The position numbers were made by a program, and so were the translations under genes. From positions 160,001 through 224,000 of the forward strand of contig CBDFFH010000005.1 in NCBI GenBank assembly GCA_965246715.1: a stretch of 64,000 bases of DNA, read 5' to 3'. The notes below the pieces were generated by a model. That model was given only the letters and a program-made list of their open reading frames with translations. It was not told where the DNA came from and searched no databases. Source of the stretch: Chamaesiphon sp. (GTDB lineage Bacteria > Cyanobacteriota > Cyanobacteriia > Cyanobacteriales > Chamaesiphonaceae). Shown here piece after piece: positions 31,409 through 41,408 of this stretch (position 1 is the first letter of the stretch; each line of letters opens with the position of its first letter).

Positions 31409-31645
31409 ATGTCAGAAAAATCTAAACGAATTAGCTTCCCCAAAGAAGTGCGGGAGTATGTATTCAACCGCGACAACCATCAGTGTCAAAGCTGCGGACA
31501 AACTACCAAATTATCGATCGACCACATTATACCGCTCGCTTCAGGCGGCAGCAACGATATCAGTAACCTGCAAACCTTGTGCGGCTCGTGCAATAGTCAG
31601 AAAAAACATTATTTCGATCCGAGATTCGATCGACGCTATAGTTAA
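31409..31645 (+). CDS. small HNH endonuclease
   Basis: RD...CQSCG...IDHIIPLASGGSNDISNLQTLC..CN. ATG at 31409. Confidence 0.9.
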   Translation: MSEKSKRISFPKEVREYVFNRDNHQCQSCGQTTKLSIDHIIPLASGGSNDISNLQTLCGSCNSQKKHYFDPRFDRRYS

Positions 31646-31775
31646 TCCCCAAAATTTGACAATTAAAATTAACGATCGAGTGAGACTAACAAAAGTTGAA
31701 GATTTGACGACCGCCCACTATCTATGTTCATCTGTTACCATCAATTGAACCCTGTCAAATCAGCCCTCACACTCC

Positions 31776-33059
31776 ATGCAATCTTTACAGGAACTCCTCG
31801 ATTTCGATCGCCTGCATGTTTGGCACCCTTATGCAGCCATACCCAATCTGTTACCAGTGTTTCCAGTAGAGTCAGCCCAGGGCGTACATATTCAGTTGAT
31901 GGATGGTCGATCGCTCATTGATGGCATCTCTTCTTGGTGGACTTGTATTCATGGTTATAACCATCCCCGCCTAAATCAAGCTGCTCACGCCCAAATCGAT
32001 CGGATGTCACATATCATGTTTGGTGGTTTGACTCATCAACCAGCTGTGGATTTGGCGCAAAAATTGATTGCGATTACGCCCAAGGAACTCCAGCAGGTCT
32101 TTTTTTGTGACTCTGGCTCAGTCGCTGTAGAGATAGCCATGAAAATGGCGGTGCAGTATTGGTACAATCGCGGTTTGCCTCAGAAGCAGCGTTTTCTCAC
32201 CATTCGGCATGGCTATCATGGGGACACCTTTGCCGCAATGTCAGCCTGCGATCCGGTAAACGGGATGCACCATCTGTTTCGCAATATTTTGACCCAACAA
32301 TATTTTGCTGAGGCACCGCAGATTGCGTTCGATCGAGATTGGCACGAGCGAGATATTGCTAGTTTTGAGGCTTTGATAGCAGATAGCCACGATCGAATCG
32401 CCGCAGCCATTTTTGAGCCTGTGGTGCAAAATGCTGGGGGGATGCGCTTTTATCATCCAGAATACGTGCGACAAGCCAAGGCATTATGTGAAAAGTACAA
32501 TGTACTGCTGATTTTAGATGAGATTGCTACTGGTTTTGGTCGCACTGGCAAAATGTTTGCTTGCGAACATCCGATGGTATGTCCAGATATTCTGTGTGTC
32601 GGCAAGGCACTCACTGGGGGGTTCATGTCCCTAGCAGCCACGTTGACAACACAAGAGATTAGTGCGAGTTTTGCAGCGGGAGAAGCAGGTGTATTTATGC
32701 ATGGACCAACGTTTATGGCGAATCCTCTAGCCTGTGCGGTGTCTTTAGCAAATTTGGTCTTGCTCGAAAGTTATGACTGGCAATCTACGATCGGAGCGAT
32801 TGAAGCCCAGCTTAAAGCAGAGTTAGAACCTTGCCGCAGTTTAGCAGCAGTTAAGGATGTGCGGGTGTTAGGGGCAATCGGGGTAGTAGAGTTGCACGCT
32901 CCGGTGGATATGCACGCGATCCAGCCGCGCTTTGTAGAAGAGGGAATATGGTTGCGTCCATTTGGGCGACTGATTTATACGATGCCACCCTATATTATTC
33001 AACCCTCAGAACTAACAGCAATTACTAGTGCTATTTATAAAATCGTTGCTCAGATTTAG
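31776..33059 (+). CDS. bioA: adenosylmethionine-8-amino-7-oxononanoate transaminase
   Basis: WHPY, SSWW..IHGY, SGSVAVE.AMK, YHGDT, DEIATGFGRTG, GKALTGG and HGPTFMANP. Confidence 0.93.
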   Translation: MQSLQELLDFDRLHVWHPYAAIPNLLPVFPVESAQGVHIQLMDGRSLIDGISSWWTCIHGYNHPRLNQAAHAQIDRMSHIMFGGLTHQPAVDLAQKLIAITPKELQQVFFCDSGSVAVEIAMKMAVQYWYNRGLPQKQRFLTIRHGYHGDTFAAMSACDPVNGMHHLFRNILTQQYFAEAPQIAFDRDWHERDIASFEALIADSHDRIAAAIFEPVVQNAGGMRFYHPEYVRQAKALCEKYNVLLILDEIATGFGRTGKMFACEHPMVCPDILCVGKALTGGFMSLAATLTTQEISASFAAGEAGVFMHGPTFMANPLACAVSLANLVLLESYDWQSTIGAIEAQLKAELEPCRSLAAVKDVRVLGAIGVVELHAPVDMHAIQPRFVEEGIWLRPFGRLIYTMPPYIIQPSELTAITSAIYKIVAQI

Positions 33060-33090
33060 CCTGAGAGGTGAATTTGATTTAATGAGCATG

Positions 33091-33127
33091 TTTGGACTAG
33101 AGCTTGACTTTCAAGCTCTAGTCCAAA
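33091..33127. terminator. 17-bp perfect stem between convergent bioA and rpsU
   Basis: TTTGGACTAGAGCTTGA-ctt-TCAAGCTCTAGTCCAAA. Confidence 0.7.
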
Positions 33128-33220
33128 TTTACAGAGCGGGTACATAGCAAAAATCTGCTCGATCGAATCAAACTAGACTCAACGAACAGATTGGTGATAT
33201 TCAAAATTTCAGACTGGAAA

Positions 33221-33409
33221 TTACGTGCGGAAGCGACGTTTGTTCTGTCTGTGTCTGGCAATCGCTTTGCGCTTGCGCTTTTCAATTGGGGTTTCAAAGT
33301 GTCGGTGTTTCCGCATATCTGGAAAAATCCCCGCTTTGGAGACTTCGCGCTTGAATCGGCGCAACACTGACTCAATGCCTTCACTTTCGCCGGGAATTAC
33401 TTGAGACAT
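33221..33409 (-). CDS. rpsU: 30S ribosomal protein S21
   Basis: [22 protein letters not shown]...[12 protein letters not shown]. Confidence 0.95.
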   Translation of the reverse strand: MSQVIPGESEGIESVLRRFKREVSKAGIFPDMRKHRHFETPIEKRKRKAIARHRQNKRRFRT

Positions 33410-33543
33410 CCTAACCTATCCACAAACTTACTTGAATTAATACTAAAGGGATGATTCCCTTCCACTTATCTATAATAAGCAAAAAAGGACAAACTGAGTG
33501 TCTGTCCTTACGACATTAGGGTTTTGAACTCGAAGGTTCGAGT

Positions 33544-33846
33544 CTAGTAACGACGACCGCCGCCACCGCCACCGCCACCGCCACCGCCGAACGAGCCTTT
33601 CTCTTCACGAGGTTTAGCTTTGTTCACTTTGAGATCGCGACCCATCCATTCAGCACCATCGAGAGCTTCGATAGCTGCAGATTCTTCTGCATCTGTTTCC
33701 ATTTCGACAAAAGCGAAACCGCGTAAACGACCAGTTTCCCGATCGGTGGGAACTTGAACCCGTTTAACTTTACCGTACTCGGCAAAAGTCTGAGTCAGGT
33801 CGTCCTGAGTAACTTCATAAGATAAGTTGCCGACGTAAATTGACAT
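33544..33846 (-). CDS. rbpA: RRM RNA-binding protein (Rbp family) with Gly-rich tail
   Basis: RNP2 IYVGNLS and RNP1 RGFAFVEM. The rbp-rpsU tandem is the known cyanobacterial arrangement. Confidence 0.9.
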   Translation of the reverse strand: MSIYVGNLSYEVTQDDLTQTFAEYGKVKRVQVPTDRETGRLRGFAFVEMETDAEESAAIEALDGAEWMGRDLKVNKAKPREEKGSFGGGGGGGGGGGRRY

Positions 33847-33851
33847 GTGCT

Positions 33852-33925
33852 GTCTCCAGAATCCTGTAGGTGTAGAGAGTTAGATTCGGAGAAAAGCTTG
33901 TAAAAAGAACCATACAGCCGAAAAT
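33852..33925 (-). promoter_or_regulatory. rbp 5' leader with anti-RBS box
   Basis: On the minus strand, TCTCCGAATC (33892-33883) is complementary to the RBS region GATTCTGGAGA. An upstream TTCGGC box is also present. Confidence 0.55.
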
Positions 33926-34238
33926 AATCTTCATACTAAGATGGTAGCACATAGATCGGCTGAATGGATCGTTCGCTAAAAAATCAGCGGAGTTTTTTAC
34001 CGCGATCGGATCGATCGGCTGTGATGTGGCTCTGTATTTACGCGCCTTCGACAACAATAAATAAATGTTGATTATCTTTAAGATTTTGCCGAGGAATGTA
34101 TTCAAATTAGCATAATTAATTCACTCGACATCCGATCGGTAGATGTATATTAATCAAACATCAACTCTTGGGAAAATCTGCGGCGAGGATCGATTGTCGG
34201 CCTTGTGTAGGATTGATGATTCTAGGGTGGAGTGCCGT

Positions 34239-37200
34239 TTACCAATCTGGATGAGTCAAACTCCGTGCTTGGTGATAGCAATTTTCGGCCTCTTCCCATT
34301 GTTGCAAGCTACTGTGAACGCGACCTTTATTGAACCAGTATTCGGGATTTTGGGGATCTAGTCCGGTAGCGTGCTCGAAACTGAACAGGGCGTTATCGAG
34401 CCGATTGAGTTCGAGCAAACAAATCCCCCGACTATTCCATGCTGGCGCACGATCGGGATCGAGCTTGAGGGTAGTCTCATAGCCGACCAAAGCGGTTTCA
34501 AAGTCGCGGCGCAGCAGGTAAATATTGCCGCGACGGTACCAGCCGAGGGCATATTCTGGAGCTAAGGTAATGACGCGATCGAGGCTGACAATGGCATCAT
34601 CGAGTTTGTCGAGTGCTTGTTGGGCGATCGCTTGTTTGTACCAGGTCATCCCGTCATCATCATGGAGTTGGAGGCTGGTTTGATAGCATTGGAGCGCTTG
34701 GGAATATTGCTGGAGATTGAGATGGATCGTGCCTTGATTGTTCCAGCCATAAGGATCTTGCGGGGCAACTTCGGTAGCGCAGCGATAGCTGTAGAGCGCG
34801 CCCTCATAGTTACCCAATTGAAACAGGGCATTGCCGCGACTATTCCAGACGCGACCGATCGCGGGATCGAGGGTACCATCGTCGGATTTGGGCGATAACA
34901 ATATCGCCCGATCGAAACTGGCGATCGCTGCTTCCCACTTGCCGAGTTCGAGGAGGGCATTGCCGCGTTGGTGATAGGCTTGGCTATCATCGGGATTGAG
35001 AATCGCGCAGTTGTCATAACACGCGATCGCATCTGCATATTTATTGAGGTTAAACAGGGCGATACCGCGATTGAACCAGACGAGCGGATCTTGGCTGTCG
35101 ATCTCGATACTTTGCTCGTAGCAAGCGAGCGCTTCTTGCCAGCGTTCGAGCTGTTGGAGCGCGATGCCGCGACTATTCCAGGTATTGGCATCGTGCGGGT
35201 GAATTTCGAGACTGCGCTCGTGGGCGCTGGCGGCTTCGGCGTAGCGTTTGAGATGGAATAAGGCTTTACCCCGATTGTTCCAGCTGTGGTAAAACTGCGG
35301 TTGGAGCGCCAAGGCGCGATCGTAACTAACCAGCGCGTCTGCGTAGCGTTTGAGCGCGCCGAGCACGTTACCATGATTGTTCCAAATGGAATAGTCTTCG
35401 GCATTGAGTTGGAGCGCGCGAGCATAGCTCTCCAATGCTAATTCCAACTTGCCCGACTGAAACAGCATATTCCCCTGTTGATACCAAGCAGCAGTATAGC
35501 TAGAATCTAATTCCAGACAGCGTTGATAGTTCTCGAGCGCACCCACTGCGTCGCCACGAAACTTAAACAGGACTTGGCCGCGTTGGTACCAAGCTAAGGC
35601 AAATTTAGAGTCGGATGCGATCGCGCGATCGTAACTAGCGATTGCCTCTGCCCACCGCTCCAGAGTGCCTAGCAGATAACCGCGCTGATACCAAGTTTGG
35701 GCACGCTCTGGTTCTAGCTCTAAGGCCTTGCGATAGGCACTCAACGCCTCGATCGGTTCGCCCTGATGAAAATAGCTCTGACCCAATAAGTGCCAGCTTG
35801 CCGCCCGCTCTGCGTCGAGTCCGGTGGCTGTTTGCAGGCTGGTAACGGCGGTTTCATAGTCGCCGAGTTCGAGCGAGATCTGCCCGTGTTGTTCCCAAAC
35901 TTCGGGATTATCGGGATTGAGGACTAGGGCTTGCGAACAAGTCTCCATTGCATTCGTCCATTCGCCCCGCGCCGCGTAAACGCGACCGCGATCGACCAGA
36001 ATTGCCTGCCGATTTTCGGGTTCTAGAGTCAGCGCGCGTTCGTAGCAACTATTTGCCTCTTCCCACCGTTGCAAGGCGGCGAGGGCATAGCCTTTGGCAT
36101 ACCAAGCTTCATGCGTATTGGCATCGAGGTCGATCGCGGTGTTATAGCAGGCTAGCGCGGCTTCCCAGCGGGCTAATTTCGATAAAACCAGTCCGTGACT
36201 GTAGCTCAGGTCGTAGGTGACGGGAGTTAGACTAGCGACTCGCGCGTAGCACCGATCGGCTGCGGCCCATTCTGCCAATTGTTGCAAGGCTTTACCTTGA
36301 CGATACCAAGCCCGATGGCGATCGGGTTGGAGATTGGTAACCTGTTCGTAAGCATAGACGGCATCGGGCAATTTTTCCAATTGCCAGAGCAGATTGCCCA
36401 ATCCGTACCAAGTATCGGGATCTTGGGCTTGAAAGTCGATCGCTTGATAATATGCCGCTAGTGCGCCCTCGGTATCGCCAATGCGGGTCGATTCCTTACC
36501 CAAATTATGCCAAGCCGGATGATAGTCGGGTCGCACGACGATCGCTTGTCGATAACTTTTAATCGCCGCTTCCGGTTGCTCCAGATGTGCGAGCGTCAAC
36601 CCCCGATCGTTCCAACTGTGGCAATCTTGCGGATCGATTTTTAACGCCCGATCGTAAGCTTGCAGCGCTTCGGGATATCGTTGGAGCTTGAGCAGGGTTT
36701 TACCCTGAAAGTACCAAGCCGTACTAGATGCAATATCGATTTTTAGTGCTTGTTGATAGCTATAGAGCGCTTCTTGCCAGCGTTCGAGGTGCGATAGTGC
36801 GTAGCCGCGCTGACACCAGCACTCGAAGCTATTGGACTCGATCGCTAGTGCGAGATCGTAGCTGACGACCGCTTCAGCGTAGCGCTGGAGTTTGAATAAG
36901 GCTTGACCTTTCCCCTGACTGGCCGCAAAGAAATTGGGCGCGATCGCTAGCGCCCGATCGTAGTTGGTAATCGCATATTCGTTGCGTCCCAACTCGAACA
37001 GGGCATTGCCGCGCTCGTACCAGGCTAAGTAGTAATTAGCATCGATCGCTAGCGCCCGATCGTAGCTCTCTAGCGCTGCGGTATATTCTTGCTGCAACCC
37101 TTGGACGACTCCATAGCCATGCCAGATCGCTGCATCTTTAGGATTGAGTGCCAATGCCCGCTCGAAACTCAATCTTGCCTCCGGATACTGCCCGAGGGCG

Positions 37201-39251
37201 ACACAGACTTTGCCGCGATCGTCCCAAACTTCGTAATTGTCGGGTTGGATCGAGATCGCCCGATCGTAACAATTTAAGGCTTCATCGCAACGGCCTAATT
37301 CGACAAATGCCTTGCCCCGACTGTACCAAATATATGGGTCTTCTGACTGATAGCCAAGCGCTGTATCGTAGTTATCGATCGCTTCGGCATACTTACCCTG
37401 ATGGGCTAGCGCCATGCCCCGATTGTACCAGGCGGCATGAAATTTGGGATTGAGCTTGATGGTATGCGTGTAGCTGCTAATGGCCTCGTCATAGCGACCG
37501 AGATGAAACAACACGAACCCGAGATTATTCCACGCCCGATCGTAATCCGGTCGCAACTTGAGCGTGCGATCGTAACTTTCTAGGGCCAGATCGTATTTAC
37601 CGACATGAAACAGCGCCATCCCCTTGTTGTACCAAGCCTGATGGAATTGGGGCTGAATTTTGAGACAGCATTCGTAACTCTCGATCGCCAAATTGTAGCG
37701 CTGGAGTTGAAATTGAGCGACACCGAGATTATTCCACGCTGTATAAAAGTCTGGGGAGAGCCGTGTCGCTCGCTCGTAGCAATCGATCGCCGCATCGAAT
37801 TTACCCAGTCGAAATAGGGTCTTGCCTTGATTGTTCCAGGCATCACTATGATTGGCTGCAAATTGGGTGGCTTTGCGATAGCAATCGAGCGCATGTTCGT
37901 AGCGCCCCAGTTGAAACAGTGCTTTGCCGCGCTCGTTCCACGTATCGGCATCTTTGGGCAAGAGATTGGTCGCTTGGGTATAACAGTTGAGTGCCTCGGT
38001 GGGACGTTCGAGTTGGAGCAGGATTTGACCCCGATTCATCCAGCCTTCGGCAAATTCCGGCGCTAATTTAGTGACAACGTCATATTTACTCAGTGCTGAC
38101 TCTAATTCACCCAAGTGGAAGAGAATATTGCCACAATGATTCCAGGCTTGATAAAAGTCTGGTTGCAGTTCGGTAACTTTGGTATAAGCCGCTAGTGCCG
38201 CAGATCGATCGCCTAAGAAAAATAATACTTTGCCTTGGTTGAACCAGGCAGCTTGAAAATCTGGCGCGATCTCGATCGCCTGGCGATAGCATTGCAAGGC
38301 TTCTTGAAAACTTTTTTGCTCGAAGTGCGCCACACCCAAATTATTCCACGCCCGATCGAATTGCGGATCGAGTTGGGTGGCTTGTTGGTAGCAATGAATG
38401 GCTGGCTCGAGTTGGCCTAATTGAAATAATGCCAGTCCTTGATTGTTCCAGGCAAATTTGTCCTCAGGATCGATTTGCAAACTGCGCTCGTAACAAGCAC
38501 AGGCTTCTTGGACGCGATCGGTTTGAAATAACAGCCACCCTTTTTGCGTCCAAGTTAACGAATCGGCTGGGGCGATTTCTAGTGCCCGATCGTAAGCAAC
38601 TAGCGCTGATTCGTAATCTTGTAGCTCGAACAGCGCACGACCTTTTTGATACCAAGCAAAATGGTCTTGGGGATTGAGTTCGTTGGCGGAGCTTTCCTGA
38701 AGGGAAATCGCGCGATCGCAACTGGCGATCGTTTCGGGATACAGCCCTAATTGAAACAGTACCCAACCGCGATCTGCCCAAGCGCGAGCATCTTGTGGTT
38801 GGAGATCGATCGCCTGCTGATATGCCGCCAGCGCTTCCTCCAATCGCCCCAATCCGACTAAAATCCACCCTAAATTTGTCCACGCTTCCTGCTTGTGCGG
38901 CTGTAACTCGATCGTCTTGTTGTAGCAAGCCAAGGCAACATCGAGTTTCCCAGCATTTCGATACAAGTTGCCTTGCTCGTACCAAGCTGTTGGATCGTCT
39001 GTAGCAGAAGTAGTATTTAGCAATTCGGCATCCCTGAAAAAATCTTGTCTTCCGATTTCGGGTTCGGCAATAGTCAGTGCTAATGGTACAGCTGGTAAGG
39101 AAATTGGTTGCTCGGCTGAATTTTGGAGCAAGATCGCAGTCTGTCGCTCTTGACGATCGCGCATAGTGGCTTCAGCCGCTCTCACTGAAACCTGCTGTTC
39201 GATCGACGAGTCGCTACTTTTATTTTTGCTCCAAAATCTATTTAAGATCAT
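34239..39251 (-). CDS. giant tetratricopeptide repeat protein (1670 aa)
   Basis: Continuous ~34-aa W..(R/Q)G..L..L..Y..A...Y..A units from about aa 85 to the end. Confidence 0.92.
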   Translation of the reverse strand: MILNRFWSKNKSSDSSIEQQVSVRAAEATMRDRQERQTAILLQNSAEQPISLPAVPLALTIAEPEIGRQDFFRDAELLNTTSATDDPTAWYEQGNLYRNAGKLDVALACYNKTIELQPHKQEAWTNLGWILVGLGRLEEALAAYQQAIDLQPQDARAWADRGWVLFQLGLYPETIASCDRAISLQESSANELNPQDHFAWYQKGRALFELQDYESALVAYDRALEIAPADSLTWTQKGWLLFQTDRVQEACACYERSLQIDPEDKFAWNNQGLALFQLGQLEPAIHCYQQATQLDPQFDRAWNNLGVAHFEQKSFQEALQCYRQAIEIAPDFQAAWFNQGKVLFFLGDRSAALAAYTKVTELQPDFYQAWNHCGNILFHLGELESALSKYDVVTKLAPEFAEGWMNRGQILLQLERPTEALNCYTQATNLLPKDADTWNERGKALFQLGRYEHALDCYRKATQFAANHSDAWNNQGKTLFRLGKFDAAIDCYERATRLSPDFYTAWNNLGVAQFQLQRYNLAIESYECCLKIQPQFHQAWYNKGMALFHVGKYDLALESYDRTLKLRPDYDRAWNNLGFVLFHLGRYDEAISSYTHTIKLNPKFHAAWYNRGMALAHQGKYAEAIDNYDTALGYQSEDPYIWYSRGKAFVELGRCDEALNCYDRAISIQPDNYEVWDDRGKVCVALGQYPEARLSFERALALNPKDAAIWHGYGVVQGLQQEYTAALESYDRALAIDANYYLAWYERGNALFELGRNEYAITNYDRALAIAPNFFAASQGKGQALFKLQRYAEAVVSYDLALAIESNSFECWCQRGYALSHLERWQEALYSYQQALKIDIASSTAWYFQGKTLLKLQRYPEALQAYDRALKIDPQDCHSWNDRGLTLAHLEQPEAAIKSYRQAIVVRPDYHPAWHNLGKESTRIGDTEGALAAYYQAIDFQAQDPDTWYGLGNLLWQLEKLPDAVYAYEQVTNLQPDRHRAWYRQGKALQQLAEWAAADRCYARVASLTPVTYDLSYSHGLVLSKLARWEAALACYNTAIDLDANTHEAWYAKGYALAALQRWEEANSCYERALTLEPENRQAILVDRGRVYAARGEWTNAMETCSQALVLNPDNPEVWEQHGQISLELGDYETAVTSLQTATGLDAERAASWHLLGQSYFHQGEPIEALSAYRKALELEPERAQTWYQRGYLLGTLERWAEAIASYDRAIASDSKFALAWYQRGQVLFKFRGDAVGALENYQRCLELDSSYTAAWYQQGNMLFQSGKLELALESYARALQLNAEDYSIWNNHGNVLGALKRYADALVSYDRALALQPQFYHSWNNRGKALFHLKRYAEAASAHERSLEIHPHDANTWNSRGIALQQLERWQEALACYEQSIEIDSQDPLVWFNRGIALFNLNKYADAIACYDNCAILNPDDSQAYHQRGNALLELGKWEAAIASFDRAILLSPKSDDGTLDPAIGRVWNSRGNALFQLGNYEGALYSYRCATEVAPQDPYGWNNQGTIHLNLQQYSQALQCYQTSLQLHDDDGMTWYKQAIAQQALDKLDDAIVSLDRVITLAPEYALGWYRRGNIYLLRRDFETALVGYETTLKLDPDRAPAWNSRGICLLELNRLDNALFSFEHATGLDPQNPEYWFNKGRVHSSLQQWEEAENCYHQARSLTHPDW

Positions 39252-39660
39252 TTTTTTTACAGATATTCAGAAATTTCGATGAGCGCAATTGAGTGACTTA
39301 TGGAGATCTAGTTGTTTTAGCTAAAATCGTAAGCCAAATAAAATAGGTCGGATCGATCGATTTCGATGTCACTATTAGCTGGATAAATGTCTGCTTTGAG
39401 ACAATGGTGCCAAGTGATATTACAGTCTAACTGGTCTGAACTCGATAGTGTGCCAATTTGACAACTCAATCGAACGGTATAAAAGGTATATATAACGATC
39501 GGTAGCAAGTCGAGCCTCCGGCCGAAATTAGCTCGCAGCTGAAGCTTAGAGAGATTATATTACACATATTATCGATCGCGAGCGGACTGAGCATTAAATC
39601 ATACGAACCGCGCAATTTTACAAATCTGCCACCACTGGGGTAATCTCAATCGCCAACCAA

Positions 39661-39909
39661 TTAGCCATCGATTTCCCAGGGTTGGTAGCGATCGGCATAA
39701 TAGCTCAAAATATGCTGAAAATTAGTCAGATCTAATGCGGTCAGTCGATCGATTCCGTTAATTTCTAACCCACCTAATTGACTTTCTGTATAGCTAAAAG
39801 ATCTCGCAGTTGGCACCAAATACTCGACGGTAATTCCCTCGATTTGTTGCAGGTGTGCCGCGACCTCACGATATACGGCTAGCGGGAGTTGATGGTTGTA
39901 GATTTTCAT
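39661..39909 (-). CDS. conserved cyanobacterial hypothetical protein
   Basis: LPLAVYREVAAHLQQIEG...F.Y.ESQLGGL...IL.YY..RY. ATG at 39909. Confidence 0.7.
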   Translation of the reverse strand: MKIYNHQLPLAVYREVAAHLQQIEGITVEYLVPTARSFSYTESQLGGLEINGIDRLTALDLTNFQHILSYYADRYQPWEIDG

Positions 39910-40035
39910 GAATTGTTGTTGGTGGCTGGTGGCTAGCCACTGTTCGCTAGCCACTAATATTTTGAGAGGAATATCATCGGAACGCACTTGCGCGTGAAAC
40001 TTTATTTACTAGCCACTAGCCACTATTTCACTACT

Positions 40036-40194
40036 TAACCCAAGTTGCTACCTAGAAACGCCTACGATTGAAATCGTGGCTACTGTCACAAAGCCCGCCT
40101 TCGCGGACTAATAAACTAGTAGTCCGCGAAGGCGGACTTTGCGTCACGAGCAGCGGTTTCTAACCGCTGAGATTATAGGTAGCAACTTAGGTTA
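40036..40194. mobile_element. MITE-like element, family A (copy 2)
   Basis: Same TIRs as the copy at 8923, with a double GTCCGC hairpin core. Confidence 0.85.
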
Positions 40195-41340
40195 CTTAAC
40201 CAAAATCTTCGCCGCAGCAGCCACCCCAGCACCTGGAGTAAACTCAGTATGACCGAGTTCGATCAGAGTAGCTTCGATCGCGGCTACCGCAGTAAGGATA
40301 TCCCGATCGCAGACAAACCCCAAATGACCGATCCGGAAGATTTTACCGCTGAGATCGTCTTGCCCCCCAGCCAGGACGATATCGAATTTCTTCTTCATCA
40401 CGCTGCGAATTTTTTCGGCTTCGACTGTAGTGGGAGCGACTGAGGTAATCGCTGGACTGCCATAGCCTTCAGGGGCATAGAGCGGCAAACCGATCGCTGT
40501 CATTGCCGCACGAGTGGCGTGCATGTGTCGCTGATGACGAGCAAAGATATTTTCTAAGCCTTCGGCTCTCATCATCTTGAGTGCGGCTTGGAGGGCGACA
40601 ATCAGGTTGACAGGTGGGGTGAAAGGCGTAGTATTTTTGGCAGCACTTTTGCTGTATTTACGTAAATCCAGGTAGTAGCGGGGTAGTTTAGCCGTTTTAT
40701 AGGCTTCCCAAGCTTTGGGGCTGACGGTCACAAAACCCATCCCTGGCGGAATCATAAACCCTTTCTGAGAGCCAGAGCAAACGACATCTAGCCCCCAAGC
40801 ATCGATCGGCACATTCACCGCACTGAGACTGGTAACAGCATCGACAATAATTAACGCGCCGTGTGCTTTAACGTGCTTGCTGATGGTTTCCAGGTCGTTG
40901 AGAACGCCAGTGGAAGTTTCGCTATGCGTGACGATGACTCCTTTGATTGCTTTGGCAGTATCGGCAGCTAATACAGCCTCGATCGCCGCAGGATCGAGCG
41001 GTTTTCCCCAAGGTGCGGTTACTTCCTGTACGTCGAGCGCGTATGCTTGGGCGACTTCTGCCCACCGCTCACCAAATTTACCATTGTGGGCGACTAAAAC
41101 CCGATCGCCAGGACTGAAGAAGTTAATAATTCCGGCTTCTACCGCTCCTGTCCCAGAAACTGTCAGCATCAAAACATCATTTTCGGTTTGGTGCAACCAC
41201 TTCAAATTAGCAGTTACATCTGCCATAATTTGACTGAACTCGCCGCTACGGTGCCCGATCGGATGCTTGGCTAGCGCTAACAATACATTCTCGGGTACTG
41301 GCGTAGGCCCAGGAATCATTAACATTAACTTATTTTCCAT
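40192..41340 (-). CDS. class V PLP aminotransferase (alanine/serine-glyoxylate type)
   Basis: MIPGPTPV, SGTGA, HSETSTG, VDAVTS and SGSQKG (PLP lysine). ATG at 41340; the longer ORF extends into the MITE. Confidence 0.92.
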   Translation of the reverse strand: MENKLMLMIPGPTPVPENVLLALAKHPIGHRSGEFSQIMADVTANLKWLHQTENDVLMLTVSGTGAVEAGIINFFSPGDRVLVAHNGKFGERWAEVAQAYALDVQEVTAPWGKPLDPAAIEAVLAADTAKAIKGVIVTHSETSTGVLNDLETISKHVKAHGALIIVDAVTSLSAVNVPIDAWGLDVVCSGSQKGFMIPPGMGFVTVSPKAWEAYKTAKLPRYYLDLRKYSKSAAKNTTPFTPPVNLIVALQAALKMMRAEGLENIFARHQRHMHATRAAMTAIGLPLYAPEGYGSPAITSVAPTTVEAEKIRSVMKKKFDIVLAGGQDDLSGKIFRIGHLGFVCDRDILTAVAAIEATLIELGHTEFTPGAGVAAAAKILVK

Positions 41341-41408
41341 AATCTTTATCCCGTTTAAATAATAGTTAAATCTATTGGCAGAATTCACACTGCTGCCCGA
41401 TCGATATC

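Noticed and set aside
34358..39153. many short overlapping ORFs in the TPR gene (likewise inside ligA, the helicase and the vWA gene)
   Set aside because: They are shadow frames of long, well-supported CDSs and carry no recognisable motifs.
39917..40030. TAGCCAC heptamer repeats (also CTAATCC at ~785-800 and ATTATCA at ~60092-60115)
   Set aside because: These are ordinary short tandem heptamers common in cyanobacteria, and too few units to be informative.
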